Assembly (NCBI GenBank): GCA_950097015.1
Contig: CATNEN010000008.1
Span: 3,782,001-3,846,000 of the forward strand
Length of the DNA: 64,000 bases
Direction of reading: 5' to 3'
Origin: Macrostomum hystrix
Taxonomy: Eukaryota > Animalia > Platyhelminthes
This document shows positions 24,405 to 37,316 of this stretch, in pieces. Positions within the stretch are counted from its first letter, which is position 1, and each line of letters begins with the position of its first letter. Under the pieces are notes generated by a model. That model saw only the letters and a program-made list of their open reading frames with translations, was not told the origin of the DNA and searched no databases. The position numbers and the translations under genes were made by a program.

Positions 24405-24590
24405 ACAGAACAGTCTATGGCTGCTTAAGCAGCAGCATCGGTCAGAACAGTCTATGGCTGCTTAAGCAGCGGCATCGGTCAGAACAGTCTATGTCTGCTT
24501 AAGCAGCGGCATCGGTCAGAACAGTCTATGGCTGCTTAAGCAGCGGCATCGGTCAGAACAGTCAATGGCTGCTTAAGCAGCGGCATCGGT
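24405..24590. repeat. 37-bp tandem repeat (CAGAACAGTCTATGGCTGCTTAAGCAGCGGCATCGGT), 5 copies
   Basis: Contiguous units, no spacers. Confidence 0.93.
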
Positions 24591-24738
24591 CAACTAACAA
24601 CAAAGATAGTTAAAGTACGAGTACAACAATATAGTTTCATGCTGTCACTATGGACATGGACTATCAGCATGGACTGAAATTGCTACAGTTTAGCTTTTAA
24701 ACGTTATTTTGCAAATTGCCGAGCCCAATGCGGCGGAT

Positions 24739-26201
24739 TCAGCCGCGCACGTAGAGAGCCCACTCGGAGCCGCTGAGGGTCGAGGGCGGATAGGCAAACG
24801 GGAGCAGGCGGCAGGCGGGCAGCCTCTGAGAGAACACGACCGCCTGGCAGTTGTCTTTGGCGCTGCACTCGAGCAGGCAGTCGGTGTCCGACTCAGCATT
24901 GGCCGTCCAGAATGACGTCTGTAAGTTCACGGCGTCTACAGCGTGCTTAGCGCCTGTCATCACAGTGTAGACGTTCCTGTCTGAAATTTTAATTAATATT
25001 TATTTCTATCCTATGTTAAACTGTAGCGTTCTCATTGTGTCCTAGTCCTCAGTAGGCTCTCTCTCTAATTTGTTTGCTTGGGTTTTCGCGCGGCCTCTTA
25101 CTTCACTCTTTCATCTCTCTGTCTGTTTAGCTTCTTAGCTAGCCTTCATTTCTCTCTTCTCTTCCTCATCTCTGATAGGACCGTACTTTGTCTCTCTTTC
25201 CTCACCCCCACATTTTAGTATCTTACCCACAGGCCCAACTCACTCCTCTTACCCCCTCCTTATCTCGTGTCGTGTTGGGTCTTGTCTTAGCTAACCTTCC
25301 TTTCTCTCTTCTCTCACTCGTCGCTGATTGGACCACACTTTTGTCTCTCTTTCCTCACCCCACATTTTCATATCTTACCCACAGGCCTAACTCTATCCTC
25401 TTACCTCTCCTTATCTCGTGTTGTTGAGATTTTGAGAAATTATTGACTTATCATCTAAAACTCTAAAGGCTTGTTCACGCAGTCACCAAATACTATTTTT
25501 GTGTAAATTTGTTCGAAAGAGCTCGCGCTCTACCTTTGTTCAGTTCAGAGCTGTAAGCACCATCTCTTACTCCGAATATTCATCGTTTGTGGTAGACATT
25601 ACAATATCATCCTTCTGTTGGCAAATGTCCTCTGAAATTGTATATAATCCATAATTCGGCAATCTCTAATCCTTTTGTTTTATTATTATTTTGATTTATA
25701 TCCCCAAATATCCAAGTCTGCGCGTCCTTGTCTTCAACAAGAGTTTTGATGCTGCTGACTGGCAGCCTTAGTACAGCACACACTGTGTACTCACCAGCGT
25801 AGGTCATGGCATACACGGAGTTGCGATTGAATCCTCCGCAAATCTGCTCCGTGTTTCCTGTACACATTGATGTACACTGACCATCACTGTCGGCGCCCTG
25901 TGAGCCGTAGGAGTTTCCACTCCTGCTTGCCTAATTGCAGGCCAAAGTACGCGAATCCGCCCAATGAGCAGACGCTGCTGCAAAACGCGCTAGACATGAG
26001 ATCAGTACTGACCACACTGCCGTGAGCATAATTAACACTATACTGGCCGATCATTCTGAAGCCAATTAGTCCGTTCAAGTCCCGGACTAAGCTGACGCTA
26101 TCCACGAAGCAGCCTATGTAGGACAGGTTGACGAGCCTCCCAGTTGCACAGGCCAGGAGAGCGCTGAGCAGAACTGCCTGAAGCTGATTCGTGAGATGCA
26201 T
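24739..26201 (-). pseudogene. Secreted WSC-domain + PAN/apple-like protein gene with a frameshift
   Basis: Exon 26201-25795: signal-like N-terminus, YIGCFVD..RDL, FCSSVC..FAYFGLQLGKQ, then frame switch at 25919-25922 to GNSYGSQG..QCTSMCTGNTEQICGGFNRNSVY. Phase-1 intron. Exon 24980-24739: DCLLECSAKDNCQAVVF..CRL (PAN-like). Confidence 0.75.
25130..25430. repeat. Diverged ~150-bp tandem dimer in the WSC-gene intron
   Basis: Two colinear copies (..TTTGTCTCTCTTTCCTCACCCC..ATCTTACCCACAGGCC..CTTATCTCGTGT). Confidence 0.75.
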
Positions 26202-26837
26202 TTTAACAAAAGATAGCGGTCGAAGGATAACTCAGCTATTGCGAGGGAAGTTAGTGTGACAAGTCGGCTTTGTAGCTACTTTCCCACAAGCAAAGAAGAC
26301 AATTCTAGTGACGCAGTCCTTCTGTAAGCAATTTTTCTCTCAATTTTTATGGTTGGCTGACTAATAATGATCTAAAATGAGATTGTATTAAGTCAAGCTT
26401 CATTGTACACGAGTGTTCCAAAAACAGATTTGTGTCAAGGAATGCTGATTGGTTGAAGCTAGTGGGCTTGTGTGTGTATTATCGTCTGGGACATTGCCCG
26501 TTGTCTTTTGCAGAATCGTCCGCCAATCAGACACAAATCTTTCAGGAAGTCTTCATCCGCGCTACAATTTCCTTTCATGAGAAGCAAGATTTGTTTACAC
26601 TTTGAGATCATTTCCTTTTTAGTTTTTTGTTTTGCCGGAAATTTGTAACAGAGTCTTCACAAAGGCAGAAATGCCATCATAGAATCAACATTGACTGCTA
26701 GAAAATGTTTCTGCTTCCATCCACAATGTCTCACCGACAATGCTTTGCATTCTATGGATCGATTGTCTGCAGGTGTGCAGAAAAAAACTGCAGAAAGTTT
26801 CTTACTCTGCATTAAAATGGAAGCTAAAAGACACTTA

Positions 26838-27030
26838 ACTAAACAGTTAGCAAGACACTTAACTCTGCATTGCTTCAGTTCAACCAGCTGTTAAATGGGT
26901 ACCAGCATTAGCTGGGATAATTGAAGGTGGGTGTGGCGTCCCCTCAGTCCATGGACTGAACAGCCGTTTACGCAGCCTTCACATGCGCCGCGCAATAGCT
27001 GCGGCTGTGCTGTCGGCTGCACATCTGGCC
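26838..27030 (+). mobile_element. SINE family B, 5'-truncated copy
   Basis: GCAAGACACTTAACTCTGCATTGCTTCAGTTCAACCAGCTGTTAAATGGGTACC..CAGTCCATGGACTGAAC..GCGCCGCGCAATAGCTGC. Confidence 0.82.
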
Positions 27031-27154
27031 CAATTGGGGCAGGTGAAATCAGTTATTAATATAGAAAAAATTATGTAAAAATTCTGTTTATGATTGGTTC
27101 GCTCGATTTGCTGGATTTGGAGATAGCACGTCAGAGGCGAGAGGCGAAAGTTGC

Positions 27155-27290
27155 CAATTTCACTGACTCCTGAGCACACGCGCACACAGATACTGTACAC
27201 AAACCCCCAAGCCTTCTCTCCGCTGCGCCCCAAATACGAATGCTATAAGAGTGACCTCGGCTAGCAGAGTTGAGCTCAGGTACCTTGATG
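27155..27290 (-). mobile_element. SINE family A, deleted copy
   Basis: CTGACTCCTGAGCACAC..CCCCAAGCCTTCTCTCCG..GAGCTCAGG. Confidence 0.65.
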
Positions 27291-27642
27291 AAATAGGCAG
27301 TCACATTAACCTTCGTGGTTTTACGAATTAAATTTCGTGACGATTGTATCTGTCGATCTATCTACATTTACGAGTATCTTTCATTAGTCACCCATGAAGG
27401 TGAAGAGATTAAAATAACTCTTACAACGATGCTCACTGGAATATTCATTCAGACTTTATTAATACTTGTATATGCTCGTAGATTAGACAAAAAATAATAG
27501 CTAGCTATGGCTGCTAACGGAGCAGTGCGTGAGGTGGCCAAGAACATTGGGGCTAGGACTTTGAAAAAAGCACAAAAGCAGAAATCTGGGAATTTTTTTC
27601 AATGTTTGGCTTTATTAAGTGCTGAACATTCCCTGCGGTTTG

Positions 27643-29360
27643 TCAGGGCCTTGAGGTGTCCTTGCGTCTACCATCTGGCGATTGTGCCGCATCCACGAGC
27701 TCTCCCTCGGTGTCTAAACTTCTGTAGCTGCTCGGCAACTCGTCCATCATCAAGCCGTCATCTTCGGCCGCTGTTGACGTCCCAGATCCTGCGGAGGCAA
27801 GAGCCGCAGCCTCGGTCTCCTCAACTGTCTGGGAGAGCACCCTGCCCTTAGTATCAAAGGGGAACAGAGCGGCGACAACAGTCGCCACAAGAGCAGCGCC
27901 GGCGTAGATGAGCAGTCCGGCCATCACCGAATGGTCGGGCAGCAGCACCTGAGCCACGAACGGAGACAGCAGCGCTCCGATGCGGGACATTGCGCAACAG
28001 ACTCCCATGCCGAGGGTGCGGATGGTGGTGGGATAGGCCTCGTTCGTGTAGATGTAGATCGCGGTGAATGCGGCGCATGAGCAGCCGCGCGCCAGGAACA
28101 GCAGCGCCGTCAGCACCTTCAGCGGCATGCAGAACAGCATGCAGACGAGTAGGACTGCCAGCACGCCAGTGTTTGCGGCCATCACGGCTCGCCTACCGCA
28201 CACGTCAATGAACAGGACTACAACCAGGTAGCCGAAGAACTCGCCAAGAGTTGCCAGGGCCGCTGTTGCATAGTCGGCGCTGCTCAGAGCCTGGCAGCAG
28301 TTGGCGCTGGACTTTCCGGGCTGCGCCTCGCTGAACTTGTTGAGGCTCTGCAGACACCTGTGCGGCAGGCCGGGCAGCTCGGTAGTCAGCAGCACCAGGC
28401 CGTAGTACAAGAAGCCGCCGCAGAACCAAAACACCAGAAGCATTAGTGTCAATCTGTGAGGGATTATTTTGTGAGTAGTGCATTTGAACACCCTGCAAAG
28501 GATATGGTGCCTAACTGCCAGTCAAAGCAACTGGTAATAGTGCTGGATAAGCCATCTGATAATTACCTGGTCATGGTCGCATTAGCAAACAGGCCCCTGA
28601 TGTCCGCTCTGGCCTCCTTTGCGGCGGCATTTGTGATTGGCCCAACCAATTCAGGGCGCCGGTTGGTCCTGGCGGCTCGGTTGAGCTGAGCCAGAGCCTG
28701 CTCGGGACGCCCCGAAGCAAGCAGGAACCTGGGAGATCGGGGCAGCCACAGAAACAGCGGCAGGACTAGGAACAGAGGTACTGACGTGGCTGCCAGCATT
28801 CTACGCCAACCGTCCTTGATCAGCTGTCCATCGAAACCAAGACACAGCCACGCGACTAAGACTTCTAGAAGACCTCCCAGAGTCCAGAATGTCATCATTC
28901 CAACCAAGAAGACTGCTCGATATTTGACTTGCAGGAACTCGCCAGTCAGAGTGGAGGTCAACGGCAAAAGGCCTCCAATGGCGAAACCAACAAAGCCACG
29001 AAGCATCAGGATCCACGGCAGGCTGGGCGCTGCGGCCGACAGAGCTCCGTAGTAGGCGATCAGACAGGCGCTCAGCAGCAGGGCGTTCCACCGGCCGTAT
29101 CGGTCGGAGATGCCGCCCAGAATCGGCGCGCCGATTATGGTTCCGATGAAGACGCAGGTGGCCAGCCAGGCTATCTGATTGGAGGACAGGTGCCACTGGC
29201 ACTGCACACTGCGGCCAAGGAATGACAGCAGGATCATCTCCATGGCGTCGGCAGCCTGCACGATGCCGCAGACGGCCACCAGGCCGAGCTGGAAGCGACC
29301 GAAGCCGATCTTCTCCACAGCATCGTCCACCGTTAGGCCTCCTTTGTCGACGGCTGACAT
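27643..29360 (-). CDS. SVOP/SV2-related MFS transporter, copy B (534 aa)
   Basis: Exons 29360-28567 and 28453-27643; same intron position and motifs as copy A. True start is MSAVDKGG at 29360. Confidence 0.93.
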
Positions 29361-29584
29361 TGAGATGTGTCCTTCTAAAAGATATGTTTTGTTTATTTTA
29401 CTTTTTACCTGCTTTTTGTGGACTATTAAATCCCCATAGAAAAATCTCGACCATATAACATGGGTCATTCGTGAACTGCATAACATGGGTAGTTAGGTGT
29501 GCAGGGTTCTTCTAGCCCAGTGGCAAGAGCTTCGGACGTCTGACGAGATGTCGAGAGTTCGAATCTCAGCCCAACGTATTTTTT

Positions 29585-29925
29585 AATTGCAGGAGGGCTG
29601 CGGGCAATGGCACATCACTTGGTGACACTAGACCCGCCGCCAAAGAGGAGGCAATTTCGCTGCAAAAGCGTAACGCACGCACTGATACTGTATGTAGGCA
29701 CATGCTCACACAGAAATTCTTCCCTGAATTTCAATACCTGAATTTCTCATCGTCAGGCAGTGTACACCATAACTGGGCTATAGAGGTATATATAACTAAG
29801 CCCCCAAGGGCTTAAATTGCACGACAAGCCCCCAAGCCTTTCTCTCCGGGGCTGCGCCTCAAATGATGTGGCCTCGCAGCGGAATCGAGCTCGGGGACCT
29901 CGGTGCGAGCTACCGCCGAGAGGAC
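29585..29925 (-). mobile_element. SINE family A copy
   Basis: Reverse complement from 3' end (TTGCAGGAGGGCTGCGGGCAATGG) to head (GGAATCGAGCTC..CCGCC). Confidence 0.83.
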
Positions 29926-31748
29926 CGCTCTGCCAATCAACCGTAGCCCAACGACTCGTGTTCTTGAGTACGAAACTTAATTCCTTGATAATAATGCTTG
30001 AGATCAACAGGCTAAAAGTGTGTACCAGCAAATAGGTGGGTGTTGCGCCTCGTTAGTCTAGATCTTAATTATCCGTAGCTGTGTACAGCACTGGTGGTCA
30101 GAATGGTTGAAAGTTCCATGCTTCGAGTTAAAAAATGCTTAAAGAACTAGTGGTACATAATAGCGTCCTAGGGGAACAGATGTACATCGATCCAAGAATG
30201 TCTTTGTAGCGTTCGAGTTTTAAATGACAGAATCACTCACAAAAAGCTGTCGCTATGGTTGAGTGTTGTCCATAAGAGTTCGTCTTTATGCGGGCTTACA
30301 AATTCGCCCCAATGCTCTCCATGCGTCCTTTGTAAAATCGTTGTTTTCGCAAGACTGTGCAGAAAGTTGTTATACTGCTCGAATGTATGAGAAGGTTAAA
30401 ATATGAAAACATCGCGTTTGTGTCCTCCATTGTGTCAATTGGTTGAATGTACAGGTGCGGAAAAAACGAGTGTGAACAATGGGCATTGCCGTGAGTGTAC
30501 AGTCTCTGCAATGTGCATCTATTTCTCTGCTCGGTTTGTGCAGACACTGCAGACACGTGCGCTGCGAGTGAAACACGCTTCTAGTGGAGTCAGCTGGGTA
30601 AACGAAAAGTTGTTAGCAAAATTTGTGTGTAATAGTCGTTGAATAGCTCCAGATAATTGTGCAACCATCTTAGAGTCTTATTTATTTCAAGTATTTTTCA
30701 TCAACGAGGTTTTTCGATTTTCACAACAGACAAAACGTTATGAAGACCGAAGAATTGAATATAGAATCGTATTCAGTCCAGAACCGTGCACAATGAACCG
30801 TAACCTCGAAAATAGAGCATATACCGACATGTCCATGGACATAATTTGATTGTACGAAAATTAGTCAGTGAAACTTGATAAATAGATAACGAATAGATAA
30901 AGCAACAATGTGTAAAACCCGAAGCAAAAGAAACACTTAGTATGCAGAAAAATATGTAGAAACAAAAAATCATATTATGCTTTGATCCACGCTGCTTTCA
31001 ATATTTTCTTACGCAATTATCATTCTACGATCTAGAAAAGCAAACAGGGATTCAGTCGCAACAATGCTTAGAAACCTGAACCATCAGATGCATCAGGAAC
31101 TCACAAGAAGCGCTCCCAAGGGTATAAAATCAGAGCTTCACTGAGTGAAGTTTGTCGCAAATTAATCTTTAATTAACAGTAGAAAGACCACGCTATCTTC
31201 CCGTGGGGAAAGTCGGTCGATTTTTCACAGATTTTCGTGAAAGTCCACCATATTGATCAAAATTTTCCTCCCTTTACGATGAACTAACTTTTATAGCCAT
31301 CCGACGTCAGCATCGTCGAGCTTTAATCCTCGAGCTTCCGACGATGCGTCGGAATTACAATGACGATGCTTTGTGATTTTGAAAGCTGTTTCATAGGATA
31401 GATTGGAAAATTTTAGCTTGTGTTTTGAATTCTGATGGCGATTGGTTGACTGTTTTGGAAGATGCCGAAAAAGAGAATACGTGGGTATTAAAAATACTCC
31501 CGCTAACAAATTATAGTTTAAGTACTTCTCTAAGGCTAAAATGGCAAAAGTAGTTCGTATAAAATAACTCGATTACTGAATGATTCTCTATTAGTCTGCT
31601 AAACACACACTCACACAGGTGTCTAAGTCTGACCTGACTTTCTCATCGTCAGGCAGTGAACACTCTTGTTCTTTCTTCATCTGTGCTACGATTAGACAAA
31701 GTAAAAAGCAGCCAGGTCTTATTGCATTTACCCAAAGGGACCAGCCCG

Positions 31749-33989
31749 CTAGCCCTCAGTTTCCTGAATCGGCACATCATTCAAGCTGCTGTATTTCTTA
31801 GGATCGCCGCTCATTCTCAGACCATCGCCTTCCAGTGCTTCAGCGGAGGTCGTCTTCGGAGAAGATTCAGCACTGCCTGCAGGCTCAGCAGCCTCGGCGA
31901 CCTCCTCGACGGTCTGCATCAACGGCCGGCCCTTGGTATCGAACGGTAGCAGCACGCTGGCAACGGTCGCTATGATTGCCACAGCTGTGTACACGAGCAA
32001 TCCGGCCATCACTGAGTAGTCGGCCAGCAGCACCTGAGCCACGAACGGAGACAGCATTGCTCCGATGCGGGACATTGCGCAGCAGACTCCCATGCCGAGG
32101 GTGCGGATGGTGGTGGGGTAGGCCTCGTTCGTGTAGATGTAGAGCGCGGTGAATGCGGCGCATGAGCAGCCGCGCGCCAGGAACAGCAGCGCCGTCAGCA
32201 TCTTCAGCGGCATGCAGAACAGCATGCAGACGAGTAGGACTGCCAGCACGCCAGTGTTTGCGGCCATCACGGCTCGCCTACCGCAGGTGTCGATGAACAA
32301 AATGATGACCAGGAAGCCGAAGAACTCGCCGAGTGTAGCGAAGGCGGCTGTTGCGTAATCGGCGCTGCTCAGAGCCTGGCAGCACTCGGAGCTGGACTTC
32401 TCTAGAGAGGCTGAGCTCATCTGGTCGAGGTTCTGCAGGCACCTGTGCGGCCGTCCGGGCAGCTCGGTGCTTAGCAGCACCAGGCCGTAGTAGAGAAAGC
32501 CACCGCAAATCCAGGACACGATGGACATTAGGGTCAGTCTGGAAGTCAGGCGACAGGTGTAAAAAAATAGCAGCATCGAAGCGCAGAAATGTCAAGCGAC
32601 TAATGGCGAAATTTCTTCGAAGAATTCGAGAGTTAAGTAGTCAACCAACAGTAGTAATTGTCAATCAGTGTCCAACACACGGCTCTGCCACTTGCAGGAG
32701 CGTCCAAATTCAAGTTTCATGCCCTTCCTTACACCGCGGGTCCGTAACCACCTGCCCGCGGGCCAGATGCTCAAAAATCCATCTCCTAGTCCCTTCTTTC
32801 ACATACTCTACTCTTCATCGTCTCTTCCTTTTTCCTCTCTCCGGTCCCATCTCTCCTCAGTCTCATCTCTCCCCTGTCTCATCTCTCCTCTGGTATCGCC
32901 TACCGCAGGTGTCGATGAACAAAACGATGACAAGAACGTCTTATCTCTCCTCTATCTCATCTCTCCCCTGTCTAATCTCTCCTGTCTCATCTCTCCCCTG
33001 TCTCATTCTTCTTCTGTCACATCTCTGCCCTGTCTACTCTCTGCCGTCTCATCTCTGCGACATTGACTGTGACATTTTCAGAGCCACCCACAACCACGAA
33101 TAGTCGAATACCAATTTCCATAAATGGAGATGAAAGTAAAACTGTACACCTGACAAAAGCCAGCCGCTCAAAGGCTTGCGGGACAAAAAGCATACCTGAT
33201 CATAGTTCGATTGGCGAACAGACCCCTGAGGTCGGCCCTGGCAGCTTTCGAGGCAGCGTTCGTTATGGGACCCTTTAGTTCCGGACGTCCGTTGGTCCTG
33301 GCGGCTCTGTTCAGCTGAGCCAGAGCCTGTTCTTGACGTCCCGACGCCAGCAGGAACCTGGGCGATCGGGGCAGCCAGGCGAACAGCGGCAGGATGAGGA
33401 ACAGGGGAACCGACGTTGCGGCGAGCAAGCGTCTCCAGCCGTCTGGAATCAGCGCTCCGTCAGAGCCAAGGCACAGCCATGCGACCAACACCTCGAACAA
33501 ACCTCCCAGCGTCCAGAACGACATCATCACAATGAGAAACGATGCTCGAAACTTGACTGGAAGAAACTCACCAGTCAGGGTTGACGTCAGTGGAATCAGG
33601 CCTCCAATGGCGAAACCAACGAAGCCTCTCAAGATCAGGATCCACGGCAGGCTGGGCGCTGCGGCCGACAGAGCTCCGTAGTAGGCGATCAGACAGGCGC
33701 TCAGCAGCAGGGCGTTCCACCGGCCGTATCGGTCGGAGATGCCGCCCAGAATCGGCGCGCCGATCATCGATCCGAAAAAGACGCAGGTGGCCAGCCAGGC
33801 TACCTGATTGGAGGACAGGTGCCACTGGCACTGCACACTGCGGCCAACGAATGACATCAGGATCATCTCCATGGAGTCCGCCGCCTGCACGATGCCGCAG
33901 ACGGCCACCAGGCCGAGCTGGAAGCGACCGAAGCCGATCTTCTCCACCGCATCGTCCACCGTCAGGCCTCCTTTGTCGACGACTGACAT
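31749..33989 (-). CDS. SVOP/SV2-related MFS transporter, copy C (527 aa)
   Basis: Exons 33989-33196 and 32538-31749; same intron position and motifs. Confidence 0.93.
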
Positions 33990-34587
33990 TGAGATGTCCT
34001 TTCCGAATAGAAAAGTCGAGTTTTTTTGTCAGTTTTTTCTGACTTCTTTTCTTAACCTTGTGAGAATGAATTCCTTAAATAAATCTTTGGATAGGCATTG
34101 ACAACTGAATGACTGTTGCTCACAAGTAGGGAAATTATCATTTTAAACAAGCTTAAAGTACTCACCGAGTGCTGTTATTTACTTGTAATAAAAATATCCC
34201 TATAGTTTTATCGGTCTAAAAATGAATGCGGTATCCCTGTGTCTGTAATTCCTTTATTTTGGGATTTAACTAAACAAAACGAAGCCATTGGGGAGAGGTG
34301 GGTGGACTTGAGTGAGGTTGGAGTCAAGAGTGTTCCGAGCACAGCTGTTGTCTGCGTTTCTTTTCCAAGCCTTTTAGAAGGGCTTGCAGATTATTCAACT
34401 AGGGGAAAAACAGTGTGCGATTAGGGCCTTGGCGTGGAGACTATATGGGCTTACTCAATGTGGATTCTTATCGATCTTTTGCCAAAATCAATGACGGAAC
34501 GCCCCACAACCCACCGTTTCAGTGGTTAGTGGGAGCTGTACATTTTGGACTGAGTATGGCAATTTTAACTCTCAGATTCTATTTCTT

Positions 34588-34958
34588 GTGTGATAACATC
34601 TGAGATTGTGTGATAACCTCTGAGATTGTGTGATAAACTCTGAGATTGTGTGATAACCTCTGAGATTGTGTGATAACCTCTAAGATTGTGTGATAAACTC
34701 TGAGATTGTGTGATAACCTCTGAGATTGTGTGATAACCTCTAAGATTGTGTGATAACCTCTAAGATTGTGTGATAACCTCTGAGATTGTGTGATAACCTC
34801 TGAGATTGTGTGATAACCTCTGAGATTGTGTGATAACCTCTAAGATTGTGTGATAACCTCTAAGATTGTGTGATAACCTCTGAGATTGTGTGATAACCTC
34901 TAAGATTGTGTGATAACCTCGGAGATTGTGTGATAACCTCGGAGATTGTGTGATAACT
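34588..34958. repeat. 20-bp satellite (GAGATTGTGTGATAACCTCT), ~18 copies
   Basis: Direct tandem units. Confidence 0.96.
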
Positions 34959-35127
34959 TAACTATTGATAGTAGAGCATGATGGTTTACCTGCTAGGGGC
35001 AAATTTTCTTATCGACAGCCGAAAGAAAAGAAAGCAATGAAACACCATATTTATTTTTAACCGAAGTCTAATAGTCAAAAGTAGCTGAATATTTTTCATT
35101 AGAAAAGCAAATCGTAGGAGAACAAGT

Positions 35128-37129
35128 TCACGTTTCGTCTCTGGCCAAATATTCCCTGTTCACATAGGCTCGAATATTCAACAGAGCAAAGTAGTGCTCA
35201 ATCTCCGGCAGGATGTCGCCAGCCAGAGTCGCCATTTTCAACGTCGGCACCAGCGGGCTGCGATCGCTAAAGTGCTCCATCACGTCGCTCAGCTTCACTC
35301 TGTCTATTGTAATTAGCCGCTTCAGTTTTGCAATTTGGCGTTCGTTGTACAACTTCTTGCACCAAATCTGAACGATAATAATTATTATTGCTGGGCTGTG
35401 GGAAATGGCACATCCTTTGATGACTCTAGACCTACAGCCAGCGAGGAGGCAATTCTGCCCATTCCGCTGACTCCTGAGCACACGCACACAGACACCGTAC
35501 ACAGGCACACGCTCACACAGGTGTGTACATCTGTCCTTTGACTTTCTCATCGTCAGGCAGTGTACACTCTCACTGTGCATTGGAGGTTGGCCCTCGAGGG
35601 CGTAAATTGCACGACAAGCCCCCAAGTCTTCTCTCCGCGGCTGCGCCCCAAATAAATGTGGCCTCGTTGTGTCATCAAGCTCAAGGACCACCTCTATGGA
35701 TTTTATGATAGTATAGGATAAGTTGCGTCAAAGCAATTCTTACCGCATACAAGTGGACGATATTTTCGAACAGGTCCCTACGATAATAACGAATGAACTC
35801 CAGACTGTAGTCACTTAGAGGGTTGTAGATCAGCCTGCCAGAGTTAGTCTCCAGGTCCTGAGTAAGTGAGCGGTTAACAGCGGAAGCAAGACGGAATCCG
35901 AAGGCATGGGGGCGGATTCTTAGGGCACAGGAGCGGATTTCCTAATCACAGGGGCGGATTCCTATATCACAGGGGCGGATTCCTAGATCACAGGGGCGGA
36001 TTTCCATGTCACAGGGGCGGATTCCTATATCACAGGGGCGGATTCCAATATCACAGGGGCGTATTCCTATATCACAGGGGCGGATTTCCATGTCACAGGT
36101 GTGGATTCTTAAACCACAGGGGCAGATTTCTATATCACAGGGGCGGATTCCAATATCACAGGGGCGGATTCCAATATCATAGGGGCGGATTCGAATATCA
36201 CAGCGGCGGATTCTTATACCACAGGGGCGGATTCCAATATCACAGGGGCGGATTGTTATACCACAGGGTGCGGATTCCAATATCACAGGGGCGGATTCCA
36301 ATATCACAGGAGCGGATTCCAATATCACAGGGGCGGAATTCTTTACCACAGGGGTGGATTCCCATATCGCAGGGGCGGATTTTCATATCGCAGGGGCGGG
36401 TTCCGATGGCGCAGGGGCGGATTCCTATTATCTGAGCGGCGGATTCCTATTATCTGAGCGGCGGATTCCTATTATCTGAGCGGCGGATTCCTATTATCTG
36501 AGCGGTGGATTCCTATTATCTGAGCGGCGGATTCCTATTATCTGAGCGGCGGATTCCTATTATCTGAGCGGCGGATTCCTATTATCTGAGCGGCGGATTC
36601 CTATTATCTGAGCGGCGGATTTCTATTATCTGAGCGGCGGATTCCTATTATCTGAGCGGCGGATTCCTATTATCTGAGCGGCGGATTCCTATTATCTGAG
36701 CGGCGGATACTTATATCACAGGGGCGGATTTTCATATCGCAGGGGCGGATTCCAATATCACAGGGGCGGATTTCCATATCGCAGGGGCGGGTTCCATGGC
36801 GCAGGGGCAGTAGGAAGAAGTGACGAGTTCAGGAACACTGAAAGCCAAGTCACCTGCATGACGTGAGTGTCGACCTTCCAGTAGCAGGGCGGATTTTCCA
36901 GCCAGCAGCCCACGGAAATACCGGGCGGCACCCAGGCGGGGCGGGCGGCGGTTTTTGACTGGCTGGCGGGCCGCTGCGCACTGACATAGCACAGCTCCCG
37001 GATGCCAATCTGTTTACTGTTTTCCAGGACGAGCGAGTAGACTCTGCGGAGGACAGGCGCTGAGCTGGCGGCTGAAACCAGCTTGTTTGAGCCTGTGGCC
37101 GCCTTCTTGTTGTTCACCAGTGGCACCAT
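35128..37129 (-). CDS. Uncharacterised protein, tandem paralog X2 (209 aa)
   Basis: Exons 37129-36854, 35857-35744, 35367-35128; all phase-0 GT-AG introns; open frame; colinear homology to X1. Confidence 0.85.
35385..35672 (-). mobile_element. SINE family A copy in X2 intron 2
   Basis: Body and (ATT)n tail in reverse orientation; head truncated. Confidence 0.85.
35925..36810. repeat. 21-bp satellite (CAGGGGCGGATTCCTATATCA) with nested 22-bp array (ATTCCTATTATCTGAGCGGCGG, ~36425-36710), filling X2 intron 1
   Basis: Direct tandem units. Confidence 0.95.
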
Positions 37130-37316
37130 GATCTTAACTTCTCACTGCTTAGCTAGCGTGGGTGAGCAATTCAAGAGCTGATTGAGAGACTCAACTTATC
37201 GGTCAACCCACTGTCTATGGTACAGCCACCTGGCATGTGAAGCATGACATTTCGCGTAGAACCTTTACTACTTTAAGTACTTCATTAAATTTAGTGAGTG
37301 AGTAAGTAGGTATACT

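Noticed and set aside
24405-24590. CRISPR-like array (37-bp repeat; also the 27-34-bp arrays)
   Set aside because: Units are contiguous without unique spacers, there are no cas genes, and the context is eukaryotic.
30040-31550. Short ORFs between SVOP-B and SVOP-C (e.g. MIFCFYIFFCILSVSF..)
   Set aside because: AT-rich, with no consistent splice chain or recognisable homology.
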